Source of the DNA: Candidatus Limnocylindria bacterium
GTDB taxonomy: Bacteria > Chloroflexota > Limnocylindria > P2-11E
Assembly (NCBI GenBank): GCA_035708565.1
Contig: DASSSF010000097.1
Location: 1 to 60,911 of the forward strand
Direction: 5' to 3'
DNA length: 60,911 bases
The notes beneath the pieces were generated by a model that was not told the origin of the DNA, made no database searches, and saw nothing but the letters and a program-made list of their open reading frames with translations. Shown here piece after piece: positions 42,557-52,964 of this stretch; position 1 is the first letter of the stretch; each line of letters starts with the position of its first letter. The position numbers were made by a program, and so were the translations under genes.

Positions 42557-43177
42557 GTGTCCCGCGACTGGCTGACCCTCGGCGAGGCCGCGCGTGCGCT
42601 GGGGGTGGACCCCGACACGCTCCGCCGCTGGTCCGACGCCCGGAAGGTCGACGTGTTCACGACGCCCGGCGGCCATCGCCGCTTCCGCCGCGAGACGATC
42701 GACGCCCTCGCGCCGCGGCCGCGGTCGCGCCGGCGGGACGAGCTCGACCCGCGCGACACCATCGCCGCCGAGTTCAGGCGCCGCGTGCGCGCGGAGCTCT
42801 CGGATCAGGACTGGCACGGCCGGCTCGACGAGGCGTCGCTCGCGTGGTTCCGGGAGCGCGGCATGCGCATGAGCCAGCTCCTCCTCGCGTCGCTCGACGC
42901 GCGCGCGGGCGCCGAGCGGGCGACGGGCGAGGCCGCCGCGCTCGGCGGCGAGTACGGCGGCCGCGCCGCGCGCGCCGGGCTCTCGATCGGCGAGGCCACC
43001 GAGGCGTTCCTCTTCTTCCGCGCCCGCTTCCTCGCTGAGATCGCCAACGTCGCGCGGCGCCGGGACATGGACGAGCGCCGCGCGGCGTCGCTGTTCGAGA
43101 ACGCCGACCGCGCGCTCGACCGCGTGATCGTCGCGCTCGTCGAGGGGCACCGCGCGGCGTCGCGGGCGCTCGCGTGA
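42557..43177 (+). CDS. excisionase/MerR-type HTH DNA-binding protein
   Basis: 'WLTLGEAARALGVDPDTLRRWSDARKVDVFTTPGGHRRF', then a ~150-aa helical C-terminal region I do not recognise. Confidence 0.65.
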   Translation: MSRDWLTLGEAARALGVDPDTLRRWSDARKVDVFTTPGGHRRFRRETIDALAPRPRSRRRDELDPRDTIAAEFRRRVRAELSDQDWHGRLDEASLAWFRERGMRMSQLLLASLDARAGAERATGEAAALGGEYGGRAARAGLSIGEATEAFLFFRARFLAEIANVARRRDMDERRAASLFENADRALDRVIVALVEGHRAASRALA

Positions 43178-44379
43178 GCGACGACCTCCGCGCCTGCGTC
43201 CTCGAGGCGATCGACTCGCGGCGCGAGGAGCTCATCGCCCTGTCGCTCGCGATCCACGGCGACCCGGAGACCGCCTACCAGGAGCACCGCGCGTCGGAGC
43301 GCCTCGCCACGTACCTCGCGGCGAACGGCTTCGAGGTCGAACGGCCGTACGGCGGCCTCGCGACCGCGTACCGGGCCGCCGCGCGCGCCGGGAAGCGGGG
43401 ACCGACCGTCGCGATCCTCTCGGAGTACGACGCGCTGCCCGACATCGGCCACGCGTGCGGCCACAACCTCATCGCGGTCATGGGTGCCGGCGCGGCGGTG
43501 GGCGTCCGCGCCGCGCTCGAGGGGGCCGGCGGCACGCTGCTCGCGGTGGGCACGCCCGCCGAGGAGGGCGGCGGCGGGAAGGTCGCGCTCGTCCGCGCCG
43601 GCGCGTTCAGGGGCGTGGACGTCGCGATGATGTGCCATCCCTCGTCACGCACCCTCATGGGCAGGACGTCGCTCGCGTCGAACCGCGTGCTCGTCGAATT
43701 CCGCGGCCGCGCGGCGCACGCGGCCGCGCAGCCCGACAAGGGGATCAACGCGCTCGACGGGGTCATCCAGACGTTCAACAACGTGAACGCGATGCGCCAG
43801 CAGCTCCGCCCGGACGCCCGCGTGCACGGGATCGTCACGTCGGGCGGCAGCGCGGCGAACATCATCCCCGAGTACGCGGCGTCGCGGTGGAGCGTGCGCG
43901 CCCTCGACCACTCCTATCAGAAGGAGGTGCTGCGGCGGTTCATCGCCTGCGCGGAGGGCGCGGCCACGGCGACCGGGACGAAGGTCCAGGTCACGGTCGA
44001 CGAGAACGCCGGCTACGAGAACATGGTGTTCTCGACGCCGCTCGCGGAGCGCTGGCGCGAGCACATCCGCGGGCTCGGCGTCGAGGTGTCGACGGTCGCG
44101 GACGACGAGCGCATGGGCTCGACGGACATGGGGAACGTGAGCCAGGTCGTCCCGTCGATCCACCCGTACATCGGCATCGCGCCGGAGGGGACGCCCGGCC
44201 ACTCGACGGCGTTCCGGGACGCGGCCGCGACGCCGCAGGCGCTCGCGAACGCGATCGCGGCGGCGAAGGCGCTCGCGCTCGTCGCCCTCGACGTGCTGCG
44301 CGAGCCCGCCCTCCTCGAGCGGGCGCGCGCCGAATTCGCCGAGCGAAGGGCCGCCGGGATCGTGAAGGGCGACGGCTAG
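43174..44379 (+). CDS. M20-family amidohydrolase/peptidase
   Basis: 'DIGHACGHNL', 'GTPAEEGGGGK' and 'MCHP' motifs. GTGA overlap start. Confidence 0.85.
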   Translation: MSDDLRACVLEAIDSRREELIALSLAIHGDPETAYQEHRASERLATYLAANGFEVERPYGGLATAYRAAARAGKRGPTVAILSEYDALPDIGHACGHNLIAVMGAGAAVGVRAALEGAGGTLLAVGTPAEEGGGGKVALVRAGAFRGVDVAMMCHPSSRTLMGRTSLASNRVLVEFRGRAAHAAAQPDKGINALDGVIQTFNNVNAMRQQLRPDARVHGIVTSGGSAANIIPEYAASRWSVRALDHSYQKEVLRRFIACAEGAATATGTKVQVTVDENAGYENMVFSTPLAERWREHIRGLGVEVSTVADDERMGSTDMGNVSQVVPSIHPYIGIAPEGTPGHSTAFRDAAATPQALANAIAAAKALALVALDVLREPALLERARAEFAERRAAGIVKGDG

Positions 44380-44425
44380 CGGCCGCACCGCGCTCCCGGC
44401 CGGCCTCGCCGCGGGCCTCTGTGGC

Positions 44426-44887
44426 GTGGCCGTGGTCGCGGTCGCAGCGGCCCTCGCCGACGAGCGCACGCCTCAGCCGCTCGCGGCCGCGCTCGTCGCG
44501 GCCACGCTCGTGATCGCGCCCGCGGCGGCGATCGTCGCGGTCGCGGCGTCGCGCGCGGTCGGGCCGCTCGTCCCGCTCGCCGCCGTCGGCGCGCTCGTGT
44601 CGATCGGGGCCACCGGCGCCTCCCTCTCCCGCGGCACCGCGGTCGGCGCGGTCGGCACGCTCCTCATGGCGACCGCGATCGCCGCCGTGACCGTCGTCAC
44701 GGACCGCGCGCGGCCGCCGGTCGCCTGGCCCGGCGCGGGCCTGCTCGCCGGGCTCGCGGCCGGCGTCGTCCTCGCGCGCGAGGACCCGCTGCTCGTCTCG
44801 ATCGCGCTCGCGGCGCTCGCCCTGCCCCTCGCGACCGTCACCGGTGTAGTGGTGGACCGCGCAGCGCCACCGCGACCCTTTGGCTAG
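44426..44887 (+). CDS. integral membrane protein (hypothetical)
   Basis: Ala/Val/Leu-rich with 4-5 hydrophobic spans and very high GC3. It fills an otherwise 500-bp gap. The start is uncertain because the frame stays open upstream. Confidence 0.4.
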   Translation: MAVVAVAAALADERTPQPLAAALVAATLVIAPAAAIVAVAASRAVGPLVPLAAVGALVSIGATGASLSRGTAVGAVGTLLMATAIAAVTVVTDRARPPVAWPGAGLLAGLAAGVVLAREDPLLVSIALAALALPLATVTGVVVDRAAPPRPFG

Positions 44888-46697
44888 CATCGGATCGGTG
44901 ACCACGACCGTCGAGGCGCCGACCCGCAACCGCCACGTCGCCGCCTGGGTCGACGAGATGGCGCGGCTATGCCAGCCCGACCGCGTGTACTGGTGCGACG
45001 GCTCCGAAGCGGAGCGCGACCGCCTGACGAAGGAGGCGGTCGACGCCGGGATCCTGATCCCGCTCGACCCGAAGAAGCGCCCCAACTCGTACTACTCGCG
45101 CTCGAACCCGAACGACGTCGCGCGCACCGAGGAGCTCACGTTCGTCTGCACGCCGACGCGCGAGGAGGCGGGGCCGACGAACAACTGGATGGAGCCCGGC
45201 GAGATGCGCCGCAAGCTCGAGGGCATCTACCGCGGCTCGATGAAGGGGCGGACGATGTACGTCGTCCCCTACGTCATGGGCCCCGAGGGATCGCCGTTCG
45301 CGAAGATCGGCATCGAGCTCACGGACTCCGTCTACGTCGCGCTCAACATCCGGATCATGGCGCGGATGGGGAACGTCGCGCTCGACCTGCTCGGCGCGTC
45401 GAACGACTTCAACCGCGGGCTGCACTCGGTCGCGGACTGCGACCCGTCGCGCCGCTACATCACGCACTTCCCGCAGGACAACGCGATCTGGTCCGTCGGC
45501 TCGGGCTACGGCGGGAACGCGCTCCTCAACAAGAAGTGCCTCGCGCTCCGGATCTCGAGCTACCTCGCGCGCCAGGAGGGCTGGCTCGCGGAGCACATGC
45601 TCCTGCTCGAGGCGGAGAGCCCGACGGGCGAGGTCCGCTACGTCGCCGCCGGTTTCCCGAGCGCCTGCGGCAAGACGAACCTCGCGATGCTCGTCCCGCC
45701 GAGGATCTTCGGCGACTGGAAGGTGCGCACGCTCGGCGACGACATCGTGTGGCTGCGCATCGGCGAGGACGGACGCCTCTACGCGCTCAACCCCGAGGCG
45801 GGATTCTTCGGCGTCGCGCCCGGCACGAGCATGCACACGAACCCGAACGCGATGCGGATGCTCTCGCACGACGCGATCTTCACCAACGTCGCGCTCACGA
45901 AGGACGGCGACGTGTGGTGGGAGGGAATGGACGGCCCGGCGCCGGAGGGGACGCTCGACTGGCGCGGCCGGCCGTGGACGCCGTCCGCGGGCGAGCCCGC
46001 GGCGCACCCCAACAGCCGCTTCACCGTCGCGCTCGAGAACAACCCGGCGCTCTCGCCGCGCGCGCACGATCCGCGGGGCGTGCCGGTGTCCGCGCTCATC
46101 TTCGGGGGCCGCCGCTCGACGACGGTCCCGCTCGTGCTCGAGTCCTTCAACTGGACGCACGGCGTGTACCTCGCCGGCACGATGGGCTCCGAGACGACCG
46201 CGGCGAAGACGGGCGCGGTGGGCGTCCTCCGCCGCGATCCGATGGCGAACATCCCGTTCGTCGGCTACGACATGGGCACGTACCTCGAGCACTGGCTCGA
46301 GATGGGCGCGCGGATCCCGCACCCGCCGCGGCTCTTCCTCGTGAACTGGTTCCGCAAGGACGCGCGCGGGAAGTTCCTCTGGCCGGGCTTCGGCGAGAAC
46401 ATGCGCGCCATCAAGTGGATCCTCGACCGCTGCGACGGACGCGCGGGCGCGCGCGAGACGCCGGTCGGGTGGACGCCGCGGCCCGAGGACCTCGAGCTGC
46501 GCGAGCTGGGCGCGCCGCGCGAGGCGGTGGAGGCGAGCCTCGCGGTGGATCCGGGCGAGTGGCTCGCGGAGCTCGTGCTCCAGGGCCAGTGGCTCGACCA
46601 CCTCGGGCCGACCGTGCCGCGGGCCCTCCGCCTCCAGCACGAGCTCCTGCTCGGCGCGACCGAGCGCGCGGCCGAGCAGCGCGAGGCGCGCTCCTAG
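44880..46697 (+). CDS. pckG: phosphoenolpyruvate carboxykinase (GTP)
   Basis: Full-length GTP-PEPCK pattern, including 'FPSACGKTNLAML' and 'YFGVAPGTS...NP'. The start is the TTG at 44880 or the GTG at 44898. Confidence 0.9.
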   Translation: MASIGSVTTTVEAPTRNRHVAAWVDEMARLCQPDRVYWCDGSEAERDRLTKEAVDAGILIPLDPKKRPNSYYSRSNPNDVARTEELTFVCTPTREEAGPTNNWMEPGEMRRKLEGIYRGSMKGRTMYVVPYVMGPEGSPFAKIGIELTDSVYVALNIRIMARMGNVALDLLGASNDFNRGLHSVADCDPSRRYITHFPQDNAIWSVGSGYGGNALLNKKCLALRISSYLARQEGWLAEHMLLLEAESPTGEVRYVAAGFPSACGKTNLAMLVPPRIFGDWKVRTLGDDIVWLRIGEDGRLYALNPEAGFFGVAPGTSMHTNPNAMRMLSHDAIFTNVALTKDGDVWWEGMDGPAPEGTLDWRGRPWTPSAGEPAAHPNSRFTVALENNPALSPRAHDPRGVPVSALIFGGRRSTTVPLVLESFNWTHGVYLAGTMGSETTAAKTGAVGVLRRDPMANIPFVGYDMGTYLEHWLEMGARIPHPPRLFLVNWFRKDARGKFLWPGFGENMRAIKWILDRCDGRAGARETPVGWTPRPEDLELRELGAPREAVEASLAVDPGEWLAELVLQGQWLDHLGPTVPRALRLQHELLLGATERAAEQREARS

Positions 46698-49369
46698 CGG
46701 GCGTCCTCCAGGGCGTAGGCGACCGCGGCCTCGGTCCCGAGCGCGCGCCCCTCGTCGTACGCGGCGCGGTGCGCGGCGATCTCCGCGTCGCCCGGGTAGC
46801 GCAGCTCGGCGACGCGCTGCGTCCGCACGTAGTCGAGCGCGCCCTCCACGAGCCCCGTCCCCGACCGCTCGCGCAGCGCGTCCGCCGCCCCCGCGAGCCG
46901 AGTGGCGCGCGCGACGTCGCCGTCGAGCATCGCGAGGAGCGCGAAGTCCGTGAGGACGAGCGTGATCGCGGAAACGTCGGCGGCCGCGTGGAAGAGCCGG
47001 AGCGACTCGGCGAAGCCGTCGCGCGCCGCGCGGGGGTCGCCGCGGAAGAGGTCCGTGAGCCCGCGCATGTGGAGCGACCACCCGAGCGCGAAGGGGTCGC
47101 CGAGGCGCCGGTTGAGCGCGACCGCCTCCCGCGCGTTCTCGCCGGCGGCGTCCACCTCCTCGCGTGAGTCCGGCGCGAGGTTCACGAGCCCGAAGAGCAC
47201 GTTCGCGATCCCCCGCTCGTCGCCGAGCCGCCGGTAGATCCCGAGCGCCTCCGTGAGCGCGGCGCGGCCCGTGTCGAGGCGCCGCTGCTCCGCCTGCGGC
47301 AGGAGGTAGGCGAACGAGAGGTTGTAGAGCGCGTTCGCCGTCTCGCGCTCGTCGCCGCGCCCGCGCCAGTGCTCGAGGGTCGCCGCGTACCAGCGCTCAG
47401 CCGCCTCGAGATCGCCCTGCCAGTACGCGATGCCGCCCGCCGCCTCGATCGCTTTCGCGCGGAGGTCGGCGTCGATGCCGCCTATCGCGGCCAGGACGCG
47501 GTCGGAGAGGAGGCGCCCCTCCTGAAGGTGCCCGCGCATCTGCCAGAAGCGCCACGCCGCGCGCAGCAGGCGCGCGGCGGCCGTGGGGTCGTTCGCGACG
47601 GACCACTCGACGGCGGCGCGGAGGTTCGCGGCGTCGCGCTCGATCCGGTCGAGCACCGTCTTCTGCTCGGGCCCGAAGATCCGGGGCCCGACCGCCTCGA
47701 GGATCGCGACGCAGCGCTCGGCATGGCGCCGGCGCACGTCGCGCGCGTCCGGCTCCTCTTCGAGGCGCTCGAGCGCGTACTCGCGGATGGTGACGAGCAT
47801 GCGGACGCGCGGGACCCCGCCGACCTCGCGCTGCCGCACGAGGCTGTGGTCGACGAGCGCCATCAGCACGTCGAGCGCGTCGGCGCCGAGCCCGGGCCCG
47901 CACACGGCCTCCACGTCCTCGACGTCCGCGCCGTCGACGAACACCGCGAGCCGCGCGAAGAGCGTGCGCGCGGGCGGATCGAGGAGGTCGTACGACCAGG
48001 CGATCGCGCCGCGGAGCGTGCGTTGCCGGTCGGGGAGGTCGCGCGATCCCGCGGAGAGGAGGTCGAGCGCGTGGCCGAGCCGCTGCGCGATCGCCTCGGG
48101 CGTCAGGAGCTTCACGCGCGCCGCCGCGAGCTCGATCGCGAGCGGCAGGCCGTCGACGCGGCGCACGACCTCGGCGATGGCCGCGGCGTTGTGGGCGGTC
48201 ACCTCGAAGTCCGGGCGGGTCGCGCGCGCCCGCTCGACGAAGAGCCGCGCGGCCTCCGACTGCGTGAGCGCCTCGACGCCGTAGGAGGGCTCGGGCAGCG
48301 AGAGCGGCGGCACCGGGAACTCGCTCTCGCCGTAGATGCGGAGCGGCGCGCGGCTCGACACGATCGCGCGGACGCTCGGCGCGGCCTTGAGGATCTCCGC
48401 GACCACCGGCGCCGCCGGGAGCAGCTGCTCGAAGTTGTCGATCACGAGGAGCGCGGAGCGGGCGCGGAGGTGCTCGGCGACGCGCTGCGCGACGGGCACG
48501 CTGCCCAGATCCTGGAGGCCGAGCGACGTGGCGATCGTCGGCACCACGAGCGCGGGGTCGGAGAGCGGCCCGAGCGGGACCCAGTAGACCCCGTCCGGGA
48601 ACCGCTCGAGGAGCTCGCTCGCGATCTCGATCGAGAGGCGCGTCTTGCCCGTGCCCCCGGGGCCGGTGAGCGTGAGGAGCCGCGTGCCGTCCGAGAGGAG
48701 GCGTACGCCCTCGGCCTTCTCGCGCTCGCGGCCGATGAACGTCGTGAGCTGCTCAGGGAGGTTGTTGGCGGTGCGGTCGAGGGTGCGGAGCGGCGGGAAG
48801 TGGGCGGGAAGGCCGTCGACGACGAGCTGATAGAGGCGCTCCGGCTCGGCGAAGTCCTTGAGGCGGTGCGTGCCGAGGTCCTTGAGCGAGACGCCCTCCG
48901 GCAGAGCGTCCTCCACCAGGGAGCGCGTCGACGCGGAGACGACGGCCTGCCCGCCGTGCGCCGCCGCGGCGATCCGCGCCGCGCGGTGGACGTCGATGCC
49001 GACGTAGTCCGCGCCCGCCTCCGCCGCCGCGGGCCGCCCCTCGCCCGTGTGCAGGCCCATGCGGACGCGCACGTTCGCCCCGTGCGGGAAGGCGGTCGAC
49101 GCGAGCGCGCGCTGCACGCCGGCGACCGCGGCGACCGCCGCCTGCGCCGAGGAGAAGACGACGAAGAACGAGTCGCCCTCCACGCGCACCTCGCGGCCGC
49201 CCGAGCCCTCGCGGAGGGCGCCGCGCATCAGCCGGCCATGCTCGACCAGGACCTCGTCGTACGCGTCGGTGCCGAGCGATCGGAGCAGCTCGGTCGATCC
49301 CTCGATGTCGGTGAACAGGAACGTCACCGTGCCGGTCGGCAGCGTCGCGCCCATCCTCAGACGTGGCAT
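46694..49369 (-). CDS. class III adenylate/guanylate cyclase fused to a STAND-type ATPase and TPR repeats
   Basis: 'VTFLFTDIEGST...EGDSFFVVF...VRMGLHTG' is the cyclase domain and 'LTGPGGTGKTRL' the P-loop. The C-terminal ~350 aa are TPR-like. Confidence 0.85.
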   Translation of the reverse strand: MPRLRMGATLPTGTVTFLFTDIEGSTELLRSLGTDAYDEVLVEHGRLMRGALREGSGGREVRVEGDSFFVVFSSAQAAVAAVAGVQRALASTAFPHGANVRVRMGLHTGEGRPAAAEAGADYVGIDVHRAARIAAAAHGGQAVVSASTRSLVEDALPEGVSLKDLGTHRLKDFAEPERLYQLVVDGLPAHFPPLRTLDRTANNLPEQLTTFIGREREKAEGVRLLSDGTRLLTLTGPGGTGKTRLSIEIASELLERFPDGVYWVPLGPLSDPALVVPTIATSLGLQDLGSVPVAQRVAEHLRARSALLVIDNFEQLLPAAPVVAEILKAAPSVRAIVSSRAPLRIYGESEFPVPPLSLPEPSYGVEALTQSEAARLFVERARATRPDFEVTAHNAAAIAEVVRRVDGLPLAIELAAARVKLLTPEAIAQRLGHALDLLSAGSRDLPDRQRTLRGAIAWSYDLLDPPARTLFARLAVFVDGADVEDVEAVCGPGLGADALDVLMALVDHSLVRQREVGGVPRVRMLVTIREYALERLEEEPDARDVRRRHAERCVAILEAVGPRIFGPEQKTVLDRIERDAANLRAAVEWSVANDPTAAARLLRAAWRFWQMRGHLQEGRLLSDRVLAAIGGIDADLRAKAIEAAGGIAYWQGDLEAAERWYAATLEHWRGRGDERETANALYNLSFAYLLPQAEQRRLDTGRAALTEALGIYRRLGDERGIANVLFGLVNLAPDSREEVDAAGENAREAVALNRRLGDPFALGWSLHMRGLTDLFRGDPRAARDGFAESLRLFHAAADVSAITLVLTDFALLAMLDGDVARATRLAGAADALRERSGTGLVEGALDYVRTQRVAELRYPGDAEIAAHRAAYDEGRALGTEAAVAYALEDAR

Positions 49370-49443
49370 CGTAGCGAGCCATGCCTCGTTCCACTCGGCA
49401 CGGTCGGTACGGGCACCTCCTTCCGGAGGTGCTGTAGGACCCG

Positions 49444-49866
49444 ATGGCCGCCACGGAGCAGATCCTCGACACCCTCGCGTCGCTCGCGATCTTCGCCGAC
49501 CTCGGGCGGCCCGAGCTCGAGCACGTCGCGCACGAGCTCGATGAGCAGTACTTCCCCCAGGATCAGCGCGTCCTGCGCCAGGGCCTCTCGGGCTCCGCGT
49601 TCTACCTCGTCCTCGAGGGCGAGGCGGCCGCCATCGCGAACGGCGTGCGCGTGAACACGCTCGCTCGCGGCGACTTCTTCGGCGAGATCTCCGTGCTCCT
49701 CGGCGAGCCGCCGAGCGCGGACGTGGTCGCGGTGCGCCCGCTGCGCTGCCTCGTGCTCGCCGGCGAGCGGCTCGAGCACTTCCTCGTCGAGCACCCGCGC
49801 GTGACGTACCGGATCCTCCAGGCCGAAGCGCGCAAGCTGCGCAACGCCACGCGCCAGACGCGGTGA
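49444..49866 (+). CDS. stand-alone cyclic-nucleotide-binding domain protein
   Basis: 'GDFFGEISVLLGEPPSADVVA' is a phosphate-binding-cassette-like segment. The usual Arg of R[ST]A is Pro here. Confidence 0.75.
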   Translation: MAATEQILDTLASLAIFADLGRPELEHVAHELDEQYFPQDQRVLRQGLSGSAFYLVLEGEAAAIANGVRVNTLARGDFFGEISVLLGEPPSADVVAVRPLRCLVLAGERLEHFLVEHPRVTYRILQAEARKLRNATRQTR

Positions 49867-51368
49867 GCGCGGAGCGCCCGTTCCCGCCGGGCGACTACCC
49901 GGCGGTCGTCGTGGGGAGCGGGCCGGGTGGCCTCCAGCTGTCGTACTCGCTCCGCCGGCTCGGCATCGAGCACGCGGTGATCTCGGCGGATCCGGCAGCC
50001 GGCGGGATGTTCCGCCGGTGGCCGTTCTTCCAGCGCCTGCTCTCCTGGACGAAGCCGTACGTGCGGTTCGACCGCTCCAGCCGCGAGTTCGAGCGCTACG
50101 ACTGGAACAGCCTCCTCGCCGACGAGCCGGACCGCCGTGGCCTCATGACGGAGGTGATGGACGGATCGTCGAACTACCCCTCGCGCCCCGAGATGCAGCG
50201 CAGCCTCGAGCGCTTCGCGGAGCGCACCGGCGTCGCGGTGCGGTACGGGTGCACGTGGACCTCGACGCGCCGCGAGGAGGGCGGCGGGTTCGTCCTCGCG
50301 ACGACGGACGGGGAGTACCGCTGCCGCGTGCCGGTGTTCGCCGTCGGCGTCGCCGAGCCGTGGACGCCGCCGACGCCCGGCATCGAGCACGCGGCGCACT
50401 ACGCGGACACGCGGCCCGCGGAGACCTACGCCGGGAAGCGGATCTTCATCATCGGCAAGGAGAACTCGGCGTTCGAGCTCGCGACGGGCTTCCTCCCGTG
50501 GGCCGCGTCGCTCGTGCTCGCGTCGCCGAGCCCGGCGAAGCTCTCGATCCTCACGCGCTCGCTCGTGGGCGTGCGCGCGCGGTACGTGCAGCCGTACGAG
50601 GACCACGTCATCGGCGGCGGCGGCGTCACGATCCTGAACGCCTCGATCGAGTCCATCGACCGCGCCGGCGAGGTCCTGCGCGTCCGCACCCGCCGCACCG
50701 ACGGCCCGGGCGAGCTCGCCTTCGAGGTCGACGACGTCATCGCGGCCACCGGCTTCACCTCCCCCATCCGCGACCTTCCCGCGCTCGGCGTCGCGACCGT
50801 GGGGCGCAACGCGCTCCCGGCGCAGACCGCCTTCTGGGAGAGCGCGTCGGCGCCGGGGGTCTACTTCGCGGGGACGATCCACCAGGCCTCGCCCGGCCTG
50901 CGCAAGCACGGCATGCCGAGCAACTCCGGCGGCGTGAACGGCCACCGCTACAACGGCCGCATCCTCGCGCGGCACATCGCGCGCACGCACTTCGGCGTCG
51001 AGGCGCCGGTGCGGCCGCTGCGCGGCGGGGACGTCATCCCGTTCCTCCTCTACGAGGTCACGCACGGCCCCGAGCTGTGGCATCAGAAGGCCTACCTCGC
51101 GCGCGTCGTGCGCTCGGATCCGAAGGCGGGCCTCGTCGACGACGGCGTGTGGCCGCTCATGCACTTCCTCGACGCGGGCGGACCCGACGCGGTCGCGGCG
51201 ACGGTCGAGGAGAACGCGGCAGGCGACATCTACCCCTCGCTGTACGTGCGCCGCGGCGGCGACGTCCGCGAGGTGGTGCTCCCGCCCAACCCCCTGCTCG
51301 ACTTCCGGACCGCGGAGAACGAGCGCGCCCTCGCGGACGCGCTCGCGCCGCTCATCGCGGGGGCGTAG
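49863..51368 (+). CDS. FAD/NAD(P)-binding oxidoreductase (flavin monooxygenase-like)
   Basis: 'VVVGSGPGGL' is a dinucleotide-binding motif and 'IFIIGKENSAFE' a second one. GTGA overlap with the cNMP-binding gene. Confidence 0.7.
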   Translation: MSAERPFPPGDYPAVVVGSGPGGLQLSYSLRRLGIEHAVISADPAAGGMFRRWPFFQRLLSWTKPYVRFDRSSREFERYDWNSLLADEPDRRGLMTEVMDGSSNYPSRPEMQRSLERFAERTGVAVRYGCTWTSTRREEGGGFVLATTDGEYRCRVPVFAVGVAEPWTPPTPGIEHAAHYADTRPAETYAGKRIFIIGKENSAFELATGFLPWAASLVLASPSPAKLSILTRSLVGVRARYVQPYEDHVIGGGGVTILNASIESIDRAGEVLRVRTRRTDGPGELAFEVDDVIAATGFTSPIRDLPALGVATVGRNALPAQTAFWESASAPGVYFAGTIHQASPGLRKHGMPSNSGGVNGHRYNGRILARHIARTHFGVEAPVRPLRGGDVIPFLLYEVTHGPELWHQKAYLARVVRSDPKAGLVDDGVWPLMHFLDAGGPDAVAATVEENAAGDIYPSLYVRRGGDVREVVLPPNPLLDFRTAENERALADALAPLIAGA

Positions 51369-51386
51369 GGCGGGACCCGCCGGCGG

Positions 51387-52964
51387 TCACTCCGCGCCGG
51401 CGCGCACGTCCGCGTCGCGGATGCCGACCCAGCTCACGGCCGCGCCGGCCGCGAGGAGCGCGAAGCACGCGAGCATCGCCGAGCGGAAGGCCTCGGTGCT
51501 CGCCTCGCGCGCCGCGCGCAGCACGTCCTCCGTGACATAGAGTCGCGCCGCGCCCGGGGCGTCGAGCTTCGGCGCGTTGAGCGGCGTGACGCGCTGCCGT
51601 ACCGCGGGGTCCGAGACGTCCAGGCCCGGGACGCGCTGGGCGAGCGACGCGTAGAACGCGGCGGTGATGACGACGAAGATGAGCGCGCCGGCGAGCTGCG
51701 GTCCGATCCGCGAGATCGCGTTGTTGACCGCCGAGCCCACCCCCGCCGACCGCTTCGGCACGCTCGTCATGAGCGCGGTCGTGAGCGGCGCGACCATGAT
51801 CCCGAGCCCGACCGCGAACGCGATGAGCCCGGGCATGAAGTCGACGAGGTATCCCGCGGACGGCACGAACGTGCCCGGATCGTCCAGACGCAACCCCCAC
51901 GGTCCGCTCGACGCGGGCACGCGGGCGACGAGCAGCGTCCCGAGCGCCATCAGCGCGGGACCAGCCGTCATGAAGATGCGCGCCCCGTAGCGCGCGGCGA
52001 GCGCGCCCATCCGGGGCGAGATGGCGACGAGGACGACGGTGATCGGAACGCCCGCGAGCCCCGCGGCCGTGGCCGTGTAGCCGAGCGTGCCCTGCTGGAA
52101 CAGGGCGAGGAAGTACGAGAACACGTAGAGCGCGCCGTAGATGAGGAGCGTCGCGAGGTTCGTCACGGCGAAGTTCCGCGAGCCGAACAGGCCGAGCGGG
52201 ACGAGCGGGTGCCGCCGGCGCGCCATGACGAACGGGAAGGCGACGGTCGCGAGCGCCCCCACGGCGAGCGCGACGAACGCCTCCGGGTCGCGCCACTCGC
52301 GCTGCTGCCCGTAGATCGCGCCGAACGAGAGGCCGCCCACGCCGAGCGCGACGAGCGCCGCGCCGAGCCAGTCGAAGTGCGCGCTCGACGTCTCGTCGCG
52401 CGACTCGCGGACGTAGCCGCGCGTCGCCCAGAGCGTGACGATCACGAAGGGAACGTTGATGAGGAACGCCGCGCGCCACGACACGGTGTCCACGAGCAGC
52501 CCCCCGAGCGGCGGGCCGAGGAGCGTCGTCACCGCGGACGCGCTCGCCCAGATCCCGAACGCGCGCCCCTGCTCCTCGCCGCGGAAGGTCGCGGTGAGGA
52601 TCGCGAGGGAGCCGGGCACGAGGATCGCGCCGGCCGCGCCCTGGAGCAGCCGGAACGCGACGAGCCACTCCATCGTCGGGGCAAGGCCGCAGAGCACGCT
52701 CGTGAGCCCGAAGGCGGCGACGCCGATGGTGAACACGCGCCTCCGCCCGTAGTGGTCGGAGAGCGCTCCCGCGAGGATGAGGAGTGCCGACAGCGCGAGG
52801 AGGTAGCCGGTGTAGACGTAGGACTGGCCCTCGAGGACGCCGAAGAGCGTCGCGGGCAGGTCGTGACCGATCCTGGGCATCGCGACCGTCACGACCGTCG
52901 AGTCGAGGAACACGATCCCCGAGCCGAGGCACGTCGCGACGAGCGTCCACGTCTTGAAGCTCAT
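51387..52964 (-). CDS. MFS transporter, DHA2 (EmrB/QacA-like, 14-TMS) family
   Basis: ATG at 52964. 'LDSTVVTVAMPRI' and 'GALSDHYGRRRVF' motifs. Confidence 0.85.
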   Translation of the reverse strand: MSFKTWTLVATCLGSGIVFLDSTVVTVAMPRIGHDLPATLFGVLEGQSYVYTGYLLALSALLILAGALSDHYGRRRVFTIGVAAFGLTSVLCGLAPTMEWLVAFRLLQGAAGAILVPGSLAILTATFRGEEQGRAFGIWASASAVTTLLGPPLGGLLVDTVSWRAAFLINVPFVIVTLWATRGYVRESRDETSSAHFDWLGAALVALGVGGLSFGAIYGQQREWRDPEAFVALAVGALATVAFPFVMARRRHPLVPLGLFGSRNFAVTNLATLLIYGALYVFSYFLALFQQGTLGYTATAAGLAGVPITVVLVAISPRMGALAARYGARIFMTAGPALMALGTLLVARVPASSGPWGLRLDDPGTFVPSAGYLVDFMPGLIAFAVGLGIMVAPLTTALMTSVPKRSAGVGSAVNNAISRIGPQLAGALIFVVITAAFYASLAQRVPGLDVSDPAVRQRVTPLNAPKLDAPGAARLYVTEDVLRAAREASTEAFRSAMLACFALLAAGAAVSWVGIRDADVRAGAE

